A stretch of 32,000 nt of DNA from Methylorubrum extorquens. GTDB lineage: Bacteria > Pseudomonadota > Alphaproteobacteria > Rhizobiales > Beijerinckiaceae. The notes under the pieces were generated by a model. It had not been told where the DNA came from and made no database searches. It saw nothing but the letters and a program-made list of their open reading frames with translations. Location: assembly GCA_900234795.1 (NCBI GenBank), contig LT962688.1, forward strand, positions 3,060,001 to 3,092,000, written 5' to 3'. Shown here in pieces: positions 9,357-18,083 of this stretch; position 1 is the stretch's first letter; each line of letters begins with the position of its first letter. The position numbers and the translations under genes were made by a program.

Positions 9357-10277
9357 ATGCCGAGAAGCCGCATGCTGTCCCGCCGTTCCGTCCTCGCCGC
9401 CAGCGCCGCGCTCCTTGCTGCCCGAGCCGGAGCCGCCGACGGGCCGCTGCGCTTCGGCGTGATCGCCGATCCGCAATATGCCGAGGCGCCGCCCAACCTG
9501 ACGCTCGGCCGCTACTACGCCAACAGCCTCGACAAGATGCGCGCGGCCGTCGCCGTCCTGAACGGCGAGGATCTGCGCTTCGTCGTGACCCTGGGCGACA
9601 TCATCGACCGTGACGTGGCGAGCTACGACCGCATCCTGCCGATCTATCAGACACTGCGCCACGAGACCCGGTTCCTGCTCGGCAACCACGATTTCGAGGT
9701 GGCGCCCGAACATCGCGGGCGGGTGCCGGGCCTGCTCGGCATGGAGGGCCCGTACTACGACTTCGTTGTGGCCGGTATCCGCTTCGTCGTGCTCGACGGC
9801 AACGACGTCTCGCTGTTTGCCCCGCTGCCGGGCGATCCGCGCCAGACCCTGGCGGCGGAGCGCCTGGAGCAGGCCAAGGCGGCGGGTCTCGTCAACCCCA
9901 AACCCTGGAACGGGTCGCTCAGCGAGTCGCAGTTCGCGTGGCTGGAGCGAAGGTTGGCGGCGGCGCGGACGGCCGGCGAGCGGGTCGTGGTGCTCAACCA
10001 CTACCCGCTCGCACCCGAGAACCCGCACAATCTTTGGGATGCCGGCCGGCTCACCAGTCTTCTCGCAGGGCAGCCGCACGTGATCGCCTATTTCAACGGT
10101 CACAATCATGCGGGCAACTACGCCGAGCGCGACGGAATCCACTACGTCAACTTTCACGGCATGGTAGACACGCCGGACAGCTCGGCCTTCGCCGTGGTGG
10201 AGATCGCGGGCGACCGCCTGGAGATCCGCGGGTTCGGCCGCGAGCCGAGCCGCTCACTGACCCTCAAGACCGCCTGA
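9357..10277 (+). CDS. Tat-secreted calcineurin-like metallophosphoesterase
   Basis: Twin-arginine signal MPRSRMLSRRSVLAASAALLAARAGAA. Metallophosphatase motifs are present: GVIADPQY, TLGDIIDRD, LLGNHDFE, VVLNHYP, FNGHNHAGN. Alternative ATG at 9372. Confidence 0.8.
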   Translation: MPRSRMLSRRSVLAASAALLAARAGAADGPLRFGVIADPQYAEAPPNLTLGRYYANSLDKMRAAVAVLNGEDLRFVVTLGDIIDRDVASYDRILPIYQTLRHETRFLLGNHDFEVAPEHRGRVPGLLGMEGPYYDFVVAGIRFVVLDGNDVSLFAPLPGDPRQTLAAERLEQAKAAGLVNPKPWNGSLSESQFAWLERRLAAARTAGERVVVLNHYPLAPENPHNLWDAGRLTSLLAGQPHVIAYFNGHNHAGNYAERDGIHYVNFHGMVDTPDSSAFAVVEIAGDRLEIRGFGREPSRSLTLKTA

Positions 10278-10311
10278 GGACGCCCGGCTCCGACGGCTCG
10301 GAGCATCCTCC

Positions 10312-10575
10312 ATGCGTTTCCTCGTCGCCACCGTTCTCGCGTCGCTCACGGCCTCGCCCGCCCTGGCGGCCTTCCCCTGCGACGAGCTGTGGGGCGAGCG
10401 CAACGCGATCTACAAGGATGCCGGCTACTGCTTCCGCACCGAGCGCGCGATCCGCGCCTTCGGCAATTCCGGATGCAAGTACGACGAGCTGGCCGACGTG
10501 CCGCTCTCCGCCCGCCAGCGCGCCGACATCGCCAACATCCAGCGCCAGGAGCGCGAAAACGGCTGCGCGCGCTGA
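10312..10575 (+). CDS. Small secreted Cys-containing protein, YARHG-like
   Basis: GGAG lies 8 nt upstream of the ATG. Signal peptide MRFLVATVLASLTASPALA. The mature part CDELWGERNAIYKDAGYCFRTERAIRAFGNSGCKYDEL...PLSARQRADI resembles YARHG-domain proteins; this is motif resemblance only. Confidence 0.6.
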   Translation: MRFLVATVLASLTASPALAAFPCDELWGERNAIYKDAGYCFRTERAIRAFGNSGCKYDELADVPLSARQRADIANIQRQERENGCAR

Positions 10576-10582
10576 TTCTTTT

Positions 10583-10613
10583 GCAGGCGCTCTCCGTCGC
10601 GGCGAGCGCCTGC
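10583..10613. terminator. Perfect 10-bp stem hairpin between convergent genes (no U tract)
   Basis: GCAGGCGCTC (10583-10592), loop tccgtcgcggc, GAGCGCCTGC (10604-10613). It lies between the YARHG-like gene (+) and mtnP (-). Confidence 0.35.
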
Positions 10614-10679
10614 CTCTCCCCGCAGACTGGGAGCGGCGGACGCATCATCGATTGTTGAGGCAGTCCGCCGAAGCAGCCG

Positions 10680-11555
10680 TCAGCCGTTCAGCACACGCCC
10701 GGCCACCGCGTCGAGCTTGGCCAGCAGCTCCGGGTCGCGGTGCGCGAGCGCCGTCATGATCGCCCCGTCCAGCGCCCGGTGCGAGCCCGCCGGGCACTCC
10801 TCGCGCTCTTCGGGGAAGTCGCGGGCGACGCGGGACACGAGCTGGGCTGCCTTGTCGGCGTTGGCGCGGGCGACGGCGATCACCGAGGCCACGTCCACGC
10901 TGTCATGGCTCGGGTGCCAGCAATCGTAATCCGTCACCATAGCGATGGTGGCGTAGGTGATCTCGGCCTCGCGGGCGAGCTTGGCCTCCGGCATATTGGT
11001 CATGCCGATGACGTCGAAATTCGCAGCCTTGTAGTGCTTCGACTCGGCCATGGAGGAGAATTGCGGCCCCTCCATGCAGACATAGGTGCCACCCTTATGG
11101 ACCGTGATGCCCTCGGCTTCCGCCGCGGCGGCGATGCGCCGCTGCAGCAGCGGCCCGACCGGGTGGGCGAAGGGCACATGGGCGACGCAGCCATTGCCGA
11201 AGAACGAGGTCGCGCGCCCAACGGTGCGGTCCACGAACTGATCGACCAGCACGAACAGGCCGGGATGCAGCTCGTTGCGGAACGAGCCGCAGGCCGAGAG
11301 CGAGACGATGTCGGTCACGCCCGCCCGCTTCAGCACGTCGATGTTGGCGCGGTAGTTGATGCCGGTGGGGGAGAAACGGTGGCCGCGCCCGTGGCGGGCG
11401 AGGAACACCACCTTGGTCCCACCGATGCGGCCGATCCGCAGCGCGTCGGAGGGCTCGCCCCAGGGCGACGTGATCGCCTCCTCGCGGACATCCTCCAGGC
11501 CGGGCAGGTCGTAGACGCCCGAGCCGCCGATCACGCCGAGAACCGCTGCCGTCAT
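10680..11555 (-). CDS. mtnP: S-methyl-5'-thioadenosine phosphorylase
   Basis: MTAAVLGVIGGSGVYDL...FLARHGRGHRFSPTGINYRANI...SLSACGS...GPQFSSMAESKHY...VIGMTNMPEAKLAREAE. ATG at 11555 (cat 11553-11555). Confidence 0.9.
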   Translation of the reverse strand: MTAAVLGVIGGSGVYDLPGLEDVREEAITSPWGEPSDALRIGRIGGTKVVFLARHGRGHRFSPTGINYRANIDVLKRAGVTDIVSLSACGSFRNELHPGLFVLVDQFVDRTVGRATSFFGNGCVAHVPFAHPVGPLLQRRIAAAAEAEGITVHKGGTYVCMEGPQFSSMAESKHYKAANFDVIGMTNMPEAKLAREAEITYATIAMVTDYDCWHPSHDSVDVASVIAVARANADKAAQLVSRVARDFPEEREECPAGSHRALDGAIMTALAHRDPELLAKLDAVAGRVLNG

Positions 11556-11716
11556 GCAATAATCCCTTGTGTGTAGACTGTGGCCAAGGCCGAGAGGCAC
11601 GCGGCGCATCCGCTCTGCGCAAAGCGTCGTCAGTCCCGGAGATGACGTTTTAATTGCGCCCGAATCGGTTCGTCCGGAGCTGCGGAACCTTTACCGTAGG
11701 CGTTCCCCCACACGCA

Positions 11717-11739
11717 AACGGGCCCGCGAGGGGCCCGTT
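11717..11739 (-). terminator. Hairpin downstream of petC
   Basis: AACGGGCCC-gcgag-GGGCCCGTT, a 9-bp stem. On the minus strand it is followed by TTGCGTGTG (a weak U tract). It lies 28 nt after the petC stop. Confidence 0.4.
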
Positions 11740-11766
11740 CGTCAGTTCGATCGTGGGAGCTTTCGC

Positions 11767-12660
11767 TCAGTAGGTCTTGTGCAGCTCGGGCTGGAGGCCG
11801 TGCACCTCGCCACCGACCTTCTTCCAGACCTGCTTCTTCACGTAGAACAGCAGACCCGCCAGGACGAAGAGGAACAGGATCACCCGAAGGCCCAGGGACT
11901 TGCGGGCCATCATGTGCGGCTCGGCCGCCCAGGCCATGAAGGCCGACACGTCGCGCGAGTACTGGTCCGCCGTCTCCGGTACGACCGGCTCGCCCTTATC
12001 GTTCTTCCGGTATTTGAGCTGGCCGTCGCTGAGCGGCGGCGGCATCGCGATCACGTGGCCGGGATAGTACTTATTGTAGTAGCCGCTATCCGGCATCGTG
12101 AAGCCCTTCGGGGCCTCCTCGTAGCCGGTCAGGAGCGCGTGGATGTAATCGACGCCCTGCTCGGAATAGCCGGTGAAGGGCAGCGCATCGAACACGAAGA
12201 GCGGGAAGCCGCGCTCATAGGTGCGGGCCTTGGCCAGCACCGAGAAGTCCGGCGGCGCCTTGCCGCCATTGGCCGCGGCGGCAGCCTTGTCGTTCGGGAA
12301 CGGCGACGGGAAACGATCGGCCGGACGGGCGGGGCGCTCCTTCTCGGCACCGGAATCGTCGAGTTCCTTGACGCTGTAGGTCTCGGCGAGCGCCTTGACC
12401 TGCCCCTCGGTGAAGCCGGGGCCGCCCGGCTCCGCGAGGTTGCGGAAGGCGACCAGCCGCATCGAGTGGCAGCTCGCGCAGACTTCCTTGTAGACCTGAA
12501 AGCCGCGCTGGAGTTGCGCCTGGTCGAACCGGCCGAACATGCCGGCGAAGCTCCACTTCTCCCGCGGCGGGTTGGTGCCGTGTCCGTCCTCAGCCAGAGC
12601 CGAGCCGGCACCGAGGGAGGCCGCGACCAGGGTCGCGGCGAAGAGGCGTGCGATGCGCAT
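11767..12660 (-). CDS. petC: Cytochrome c1
   Basis: Signal peptide, heme motif CASCHSM, and a C-terminal TM anchor (RVILFLFVLAGLLFYV). Last gene of the petABC order. Confidence 0.9.
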   Translation of the reverse strand: MRIARLFAATLVAASLGAGSALAEDGHGTNPPREKWSFAGMFGRFDQAQLQRGFQVYKEVCASCHSMRLVAFRNLAEPGGPGFTEGQVKALAETYSVKELDDSGAEKERPARPADRFPSPFPNDKAAAAANGGKAPPDFSVLAKARTYERGFPLFVFDALPFTGYSEQGVDYIHALLTGYEEAPKGFTMPDSGYYNKYYPGHVIAMPPPLSDGQLKYRKNDKGEPVVPETADQYSRDVSAFMAWAAEPHMMARKSLGLRVILFLFVLAGLLFYVKKQVWKKVGGEVHGLQPELHKTY

Positions 12661-12681
12661 CGTTGTTCTCTCCCTCGGGCC

Positions 12682-13974
12682 TTAGGCGCGCTTAGCCGGT
12701 TCGGCCGCAGCACCCGCGGGCATGCCGGATCCGCTCACCTGCTTGCCCGGACCGGTCACGGTCTCGAGGATCGAGCCCGGCAGGCGGTCAGGCGTCTCGA
12801 ACAGGCCGACCAGCGGCATGACGATGAGGAAGTGGGCGAAGTAGTAGATGGTGCAGATCCGCGAGGCGAGGACGTAGCCGCCTTCCGGAGGCTTGGCGCC
12901 GAGCCAGCCGAGGATGATGGCGTTGACCAGGAACACCCAGAAGAACACCCGGTAGACCGGACGGTAGTTGCAGGAGCGGACCCGCGAGGTGTCGAGCCAG
13001 GGCGCGAAGGCGAGGATCAGCACCGCGCCGAACATTAGGATCACGCCGCCGAGCTTGTCCGGCACCGCACGCAGGATCGCGTAGAAGGGCAGGAAGTACC
13101 ATTCCGGCACGATGTGCGCGGGTGTCACCGACGGGTTGGCCGGGACGTAGTTGTCGGCGTGGCCGAGATAGTTCGGCTGGTAGAAGATGAACCACGCGAA
13201 CAGGATCATGAACACCACCACCGCGAACACGTCCTTGATGGTCGCGTAGGGGGTGAAGGGCACGGCGTCCTTGCTCGACTTGATCGGGATGCCGGCCGGG
13301 TTGTTCTGGCCCGTCACGTGCAGCGCCCAGACGTGCAGGACGACGACGCCGGCGATCATCCACGGCAGCAGGAAGTGCAGCGAGAAGAACCGGTTGATGG
13401 TCGGGTTGCCGACCGAGTAGCCGCCCCAGAGCAGACTCTGGATCGTGTCGCCGACGACCGGGATCGCCGCCAGGATGTTGGTGATGACGGTGGCGCCCCA
13501 GAAGCTCATCTGGCCCCACGGCAGGGTGTAGCCGAGGAAGGCGGTGGCCATCATCAGCAGGTAGATGATGACGCCGAGCAGATAGAGCACCTCGCGCGGG
13601 GCCTTGTAGGACCCGTAATAGAGGTTGCGGAAGATGTGGGCGTAGACCGCCACGAAGAACATCGACGCGCCGTTGGCGTGCGCGTAGCGCAAGAGCCAGC
13701 CGTAATTCACGTCGCGCATGATGTGCTCGACGCTCTCGAACGCGTTGCCCGCGCTCGGATCGTAATGCATCGCCAGCCAGACGCCGGTGATGATCTGGAT
13801 GCCGAGGAAGGCGATCAGGATCGCGCCGAAGGTCCAGAAGTAGTTGAGGTTACGCGGAACCGGAAAGGCGACGAAGGACGAGTGCACCAGCCCGACCAGC
13901 GGCAGCCGTGACTCGAACCACTTCGCGAGGCGGCTCTTGGGTACGTAGGTCGAGGTCGCGTGTGCGCTGCTCAT
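12682..13974 (-). CDS. petB: Cytochrome b
   Basis: From ATG 13974: [25 protein letters not shown]...[12 protein letters not shown]...[12 protein letters not shown]...[13 protein letters not shown]. The upstream part of the ORF (to 14199) overlaps petA and is Arg/Ala-rich. Confidence 0.95.
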   Translation of the reverse strand: MSSAHATSTYVPKSRLAKWFESRLPLVGLVHSSFVAFPVPRNLNYFWTFGAILIAFLGIQIITGVWLAMHYDPSAGNAFESVEHIMRDVNYGWLLRYAHANGASMFFVAVYAHIFRNLYYGSYKAPREVLYLLGVIIYLLMMATAFLGYTLPWGQMSFWGATVITNILAAIPVVGDTIQSLLWGGYSVGNPTINRFFSLHFLLPWMIAGVVVLHVWALHVTGQNNPAGIPIKSSKDAVPFTPYATIKDVFAVVVFMILFAWFIFYQPNYLGHADNYVPANPSVTPAHIVPEWYFLPFYAILRAVPDKLGGVILMFGAVLILAFAPWLDTSRVRSCNYRPVYRVFFWVFLVNAIILGWLGAKPPEGGYVLASRICTIYYFAHFLIVMPLVGLFETPDRLPGSILETVTGPGKQVSGSGMPAGAAAEPAKRA

Positions 13975-14008
13975 CGGTTTGCCCGCTCCGGCTTCTCGTG
14001 TCCTGTTG

Positions 14009-14557
14009 TCAGGCGACCGCCTTGCCGCCTTCTTCGCCGATCTTGATCTTGGTATCGGACTCGAAGGCGTAGGGCGGAATCGGAAGGTTGGTCGGCGCCG
14101 GGCCGCGGCGCACGCGGCCGACAGCGTCGAACTGCGAGCCGTGGCAGGGGCAGGACCAGCCCTCGTAATTGCCGGAATGGCCGATCGGCACGCAGCCAAG
14201 ATGGGTGCAGTTGCCGTAGCTCACGAGCCACTGATCGTGGCCCTTCTTCACCCGCGTGTCGAAGGCAGCCGGGTCGATCATCTCGGAGAGCGGCACGGCC
14301 TTCATGTCCGTGACTTCCTTCTCCGTGAGCTTGCGCACGAAGATCAGCTTGCCGCGCCAGAACACGTTGACGATCTGGCCGTCCTGGATCGGGCTGAGGT
14401 CCACGTCGAGCGGCGCGCCGGCCGCGACGGTGGCCGCATCGGGCGCCATGGAGGCCACGAAGGGCCATGCCACCGCGCCGGCCCCGACGGCCAATCCCGC
14501 GCCTGTCGCGAGGAACAGGAAATCTCGCTTGGTGCCCTGAGGCCCTTCGTCCGCCAA
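14009..14557 (-). CDS. petA: Ubiquinol-cytochrome c reductase Rieske iron-sulfur subunit
   Basis: Rieske boxes CTHLGCVP and CPCHGSQF, plus a Tat-like N-terminus ([12 protein letters not shown]). TTG start at 14557 has GGGAGG 6 nt upstream. Confidence 0.95.
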   Translation of the reverse strand: MADEGPQGTKRDFLFLATGAGLAVGAGAVAWPFVASMAPDAATVAAGAPLDVDLSPIQDGQIVNVFWRGKLIFVRKLTEKEVTDMKAVPLSEMIDPAAFDTRVKKGHDQWLVSYGNCTHLGCVPIGHSGNYEGWSCPCHGSQFDAVGRVRRGPAPTNLPIPPYAFESDTKIKIGEEGGKAVA

Positions 14558-14899
14558 GGTGGTCCTCCCGTCAGCCGCCGCGCCGAGCCTTTCCGGGCAG
14601 CACTCCGGCGATTTCGCCTGCGCGCACCTTGAAGGCTTTCAAATTCGAAATCTGACGCAACGGCAGACACCATCGCGCCGGGGCAATCAATGCGACCGTG
14701 GGTCACCGGATTACCGATTGGGTCGCGCGGCTCTGTGACATGGCAGATGCGAACATGTCTAGACTGCTGCGCTTGAGCGCTGTGCAGTGCCGCAACGTTC
14801 CCGATCGATCGTTACCCCGGCGCACCATTCTGCCGTTTCGGCCTCCGTCGGGGTCCGCCCAACACGGTGGTCATGGGCCGATGCGCAAGGTCGCAGGTC

Positions 14900-14927
14900 G
14901 CGGAGCGACCGCTCCGCTTTCTTTTCT
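14900..14927 (+). terminator. Terminator-like hairpin plus T-rich tract inside the petA/metY intergenic region (possible leader attenuator or end of a small transcript)
   Basis: GCGGAGCG-ac-CGCTCCGC (14900-14917) followed by TTTCTTTTCT. An overlapping alternative stem is GGTCGC-gga-GCGACC (14896-14910). Confidence 0.35.
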
Positions 14928-15118
14928 CCGGCCTCAAGCGCCGGCGGCCGCCTCCGCGGCCTCAGGCTGCCGCTCCGCTCGATGCTTTTCAGGACCGGAG
15001 TCCTGAAAAGCCCGCTCCGCGCCGCACTCTTCTCGCGGCGAAGCCGCCCCAAGCGGCTTCGGGCGCTTGCACCGCCGAAGAGCACGGGCGTAAACGACGC
15101 GTCTTGAGGAGTTTTTCG

Positions 15119-16399
15119 ATGACCGACCGCCAGCCCGGCTTCAACACCCTCGCGATCCACGCCGGCGCGACCCCCGACCCGGCCACGGGCGCGCGGGCGA
15201 CGCCGATCTACCAGACGACGAGCTTCGTCTTCGACGACGTGGACCACGCCGCCTCGCTGTTCGGGCTCCAGGCCTTCGGCAACATCTACACCCGCATCAC
15301 CAACCCGACGAACGCCGTGCTGGAGGAGCGCATCGCCGCGCTCGAAGGCGGCACCGCCGCGCTCGCCGTCGCCTCGGGCCACGCCGCCGAATTCCTGACC
15401 CTGCACGCGCTGATGCAGCCGGGCGACGAGTTCATCGCGGCCAACAAGCTCTACGGCGGCTCGATCAACCAGTTCAATCACTCCTACAAGAACTTCGGCT
15501 GGCAGGTGGTCTGGGCCGACACCGACGATCCGGACTCGTTCGAGCGCGCCATCACCCCGCGCACCAAGGCGATCTTCTGTGAGAGCATCGCCAATCCGGG
15601 CGGGGTCATCACCGACATCGCCGCGCTCTCGGTGATCGCCAAGCGTCACAACATCCCGCTCATCGTCGACAACACGATGGCGACGCCGTACCTGATCAAG
15701 CCGTTCGAGCACGGCGCCGACATCGTCGTGCATTCGGCCACCAAGTTCCTCGGCGGCCACGGCAATTCCATCGGCGGCCTCATCGTCGATGGCGGCACGT
15801 TCCAGTGGCAGGGCGATGCGCGCTACCCGATGCTGTCGGAGCCGCGGCCGGAATATGCCGGGATGGTGCTGGCCGAGACCTTCGGCAATTTCGGCTTCGC
15901 CATCGCCGTGCGCGTGCTGAGCCTGCGCGATCTCGGGCCGTCGCTGTCGCCGTTCAATGCCTTCCTGATCCTCAACGGCATCGAGACCCTGCCGCTCCGG
16001 ATGCAGCGCCACTCCGACAACGCCCTGAAGGTAGCGACCTTCCTCAAGAACCACGCCAACGTCGATTGGGTGAGCTATCCCGGCCTGGAGAGCGACCGCT
16101 ACCACGCGCTCGCGCAGCGCTACACGCCCAAGGGCGCGGGTGCGGTGTTCACCTTCGGCCTCAAGGGCGGCTACGAGGCCGGCGTGAAGCTGGTCTCGAA
16201 CCTCCAGCTCTTCAGCCATCTCGCCAATATCGGCGACACCCGTTCGCTGGTGATCCACCCGGCCTCGACCACGCACCGCCAGCTCACGGACGAGCAGAAG
16301 CGGGCGGCGGGCGCCGGTCCCGAGGTTGTGCGCCTCTCGATCGGTATCGAGGATGCGCAGGATCTGATCGACGATCTCGACGCCGCCCTGCGGGCGTGA
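15119..16399 (+). CDS. metY: O-acetylhomoserine sulfhydrylase (PLP-dependent)
   Basis: GAGGAG lies 7 nt upstream of ATG 15119. [40 protein letters not shown]...[10 protein letters not shown]...PLP-Lys motif [11 protein letters not shown]...[15 protein letters not shown]. Confidence 0.9.
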   Translation: MTDRQPGFNTLAIHAGATPDPATGARATPIYQTTSFVFDDVDHAASLFGLQAFGNIYTRITNPTNAVLEERIAALEGGTAALAVASGHAAEFLTLHALMQPGDEFIAANKLYGGSINQFNHSYKNFGWQVVWADTDDPDSFERAITPRTKAIFCESIANPGGVITDIAALSVIAKRHNIPLIVDNTMATPYLIKPFEHGADIVVHSATKFLGGHGNSIGGLIVDGGTFQWQGDARYPMLSEPRPEYAGMVLAETFGNFGFAIAVRVLSLRDLGPSLSPFNAFLILNGIETLPLRMQRHSDNALKVATFLKNHANVDWVSYPGLESDRYHALAQRYTPKGAGAVFTFGLKGGYEAGVKLVSNLQLFSHLANIGDTRSLVIHPASTTHRQLTDEQKRAAGAGPEVVRLSIGIEDAQDLIDDLDAALRA

Positions 16400-16402
16400 G
16401 CC

Positions 16403-17260
16403 TCACCCCTTGCGGGACAGCGTCAGCGCGTCCCGCAGGTCCTGCCCGTCGGTGAGGAGCCGGCCGTCGCGGCGCATCCGCGCCAGCAGCGCCCGGTCGG
16501 GAAAGCCGCGATAGAGCAGCACCGGAACGGTTCGACCCGCGGGAATCGTCCCCTCGGCGGCGATCTCGCCGAGCACGCGATCGACCAGGAGGCGACCGTG
16601 CTCGTGCAGGCGCACGGCGGCGCGCGTGGCTGTGGTGCCGTCGGGCAGCGCGACCGCTTCCTGGGTCAGGATCGCCCCGGCATCGATCGCGGGCGCGAGG
16701 CGATGGATGGTGACGCCGAACTCCCCCTTCCCGTCCGCCAGTGCGTGAATCGTCGGCACGGGGCCGCGGTGAAGCGGCAGCAGGCTCGGGTGGAGGTTGA
16801 TCCCGCCGAGCCGCGCCCGCGCGAGCGTCGCCTCGGACAGAATCTGGTCGAAGTGGAAGGTGACGATCAGGTCGGGTGCGTGCGCCGCGAAGGCCTGGGC
16901 CACCTCGTCGCCATTCACATCATCGACCCGCAGTGTCCGAATTCCGAGTTGGTGACACAAAGCGGCGAGCGGCGTCGCCTCGGGCGTCTCGCGGCTGCCG
17001 GCGAGGCGCTGGGTCAGGGGCGCGAGCGGGCGCAGCAGATCCGGCAGCCCGAAATTGACGCCGAGATAGGGCAGGAAGCCGGGGCCGGACCGGGCGAGAT
17101 GCCGCCGGACCTGACCGACGAGCCCGCCGGTCGCCGGTCGCTCGGCGTTGGAGAGGCCGACGAAGGCGATCGCCGCGGCGTGATCCGCCACGAAGCGACG
17201 CACGGCCCGGGCGTTCGGCAGCGCCTCCAGCGCGAACAAAGCGATCCGGAGGGGCGGCAT
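16403..17260 (-). CDS. Formyltransferase-family protein (Fmt/ArnA N-domain-like)
   Basis: From ATG 17260: MPPLRIALFA...DLIVTFHFDQIL...GGINLHPSLLPLHRGPVPTIHAL...GVTIHRLAPAIDAGAIL (HxSLLPxxRG and catalytic Asp context). The ATG shares its A with the upstream SDR stop (TGATG). Confidence 0.75.
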   Translation of the reverse strand: MPPLRIALFALEALPNARAVRRFVADHAAAIAFVGLSNAERPATGGLVGQVRRHLARSGPGFLPYLGVNFGLPDLLRPLAPLTQRLAGSRETPEATPLAALCHQLGIRTLRVDDVNGDEVAQAFAAHAPDLIVTFHFDQILSEATLARARLGGINLHPSLLPLHRGPVPTIHALADGKGEFGVTIHRLAPAIDAGAILTQEAVALPDGTTATRAAVRLHEHGRLLVDRVLGEIAAEGTIPAGRTVPVLLYRGFPDRALLARMRRDGRLLTDGQDLRDALTLSRKG

Positions 17261-18027
17261 CAGCGCCGCGGCCGGTTGCGGAAGCGGAAGCCGCTGAGAC
17301 CTGCGCTGCGCAGCCATTCCGGCACCAACAGCGCACCACGGGCGAATGCGGCGAGGATCGCCGGGAAGGCGATGACGTCGAGGTTGCGCTCCAGCCCTCG
17401 GGCGATGCGGGCGGCGGCCTCGTCCGCCGACATTTCCAGGGGGCGCCAGCCCTTGATGACCCCGCCCATCGGCGTCTTCACGTAGCCCGGCGTCACCACG
17501 CTGAGGCGCACGCCGAGCGGCTTCAGCTTCTGGCGGAGCGCAAGGCCGTGAGCGAGGAGCGCCGCCTTGGCGCCGCTACAGGCCGGAGCGTCGGGCAGCG
17601 GCGCGTAGGCGGCCAGCGAGGAGATCAGCGCGATCTGCCCCCGGCCGCGTCCGCTCATCAGGGTGACGCAGGGCAGCATCACGTTGAGCGCGCCGGTGAG
17701 GTTGATGTCCGCCGTCTCGAAGGCCGTCGCCTCGGTCTCCAGGCCGCCGGACGGGTGCCCGCCGTTCACCGCGGCGTTGACGATGACGAGATCGAGCGGC
17801 GTCGCCGCATCGGTCTCGCGGAGCCAGGCGCCGACCGCCTCCCGCTCGCGCACGTCGATCAGCCGGGTCAGCACCGCGGCCCCGCGCGTCCGGCACTCCT
17901 GCGCCACCGCCTCCAGCCGCTCCCGATCGCGGCCCGTGAGTACGAGGCTCGCACCGGTCCCGGCGTAGAAGCGCGCGAGGGCTGCGCCGATGCCGCTGGA
18001 GGCACCGGTGATCAAGATGACGGGCAA
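17260..18027 (-). CDS. Classical SDR-family oxidoreductase; start codon uncertain (TTG 18027 or TTG 18087); Cys at the catalytic Tyr position
   Basis: PVILITGASSGIGAALA (TGxxxGxG), NAAV, ISSLAAY...ACSGAKAAL, VVTPGYVKTPM. There is no in-frame ATG or GTG between the kpsS stop and the Rossmann motif. Confidence 0.7.
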   Translation of the reverse strand: MPVILITGASSGIGAALARFYAGTGASLVLTGRDRERLEAVAQECRTRGAAVLTRLIDVREREAVGAWLRETDAATPLDLVIVNAAVNGGHPSGGLETEATAFETADINLTGALNVMLPCVTLMSGRGRGQIALISSLAAYAPLPDAPACSGAKAALLAHGLALRQKLKPLGVRLSVVTPGYVKTPMGGVIKGWRPLEMSADEAAARIARGLERNLDVIAFPAILAAFARGALLVPEWLRSAGLSGFRFRNRPRR

Positions 18028-18083
18028 GGAGGGGAGGTCTTTCCGCTGAAGAGCCGGGTCGTGACCGTGTCGAAGGCCGGCGG

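Noticed and set aside
14560-15118. Expected SAM-II riboswitch upstream of metY.
   Set aside because: I could not find the conserved AAAGCU-containing 3' segment or a convincing pseudoknot arrangement by eye. The region is reported only as an unclassified structured leader, and an Infernal search is needed.
14759-16276. 505-aa ORF on the minus strand, antisense to metY. Similar long shadow ORFs are 836..2011(+), 2458..3783(-), 5793..6536(+), 6533..7573(+), 11569..13038(+), 16598..17485(+), 18249..19412(+), 20141..21382(-), 22217..23209(-), 26855..27781(-) and 30598..31575(-).
   Set aside because: Each lies opposite a gene with clear family motifs. Their translations are Arg/Gly/Ala/Asp/His-rich low-complexity strings typical of stop-free antisense frames in roughly 70% GC DNA, and they contain no recognisable domains.
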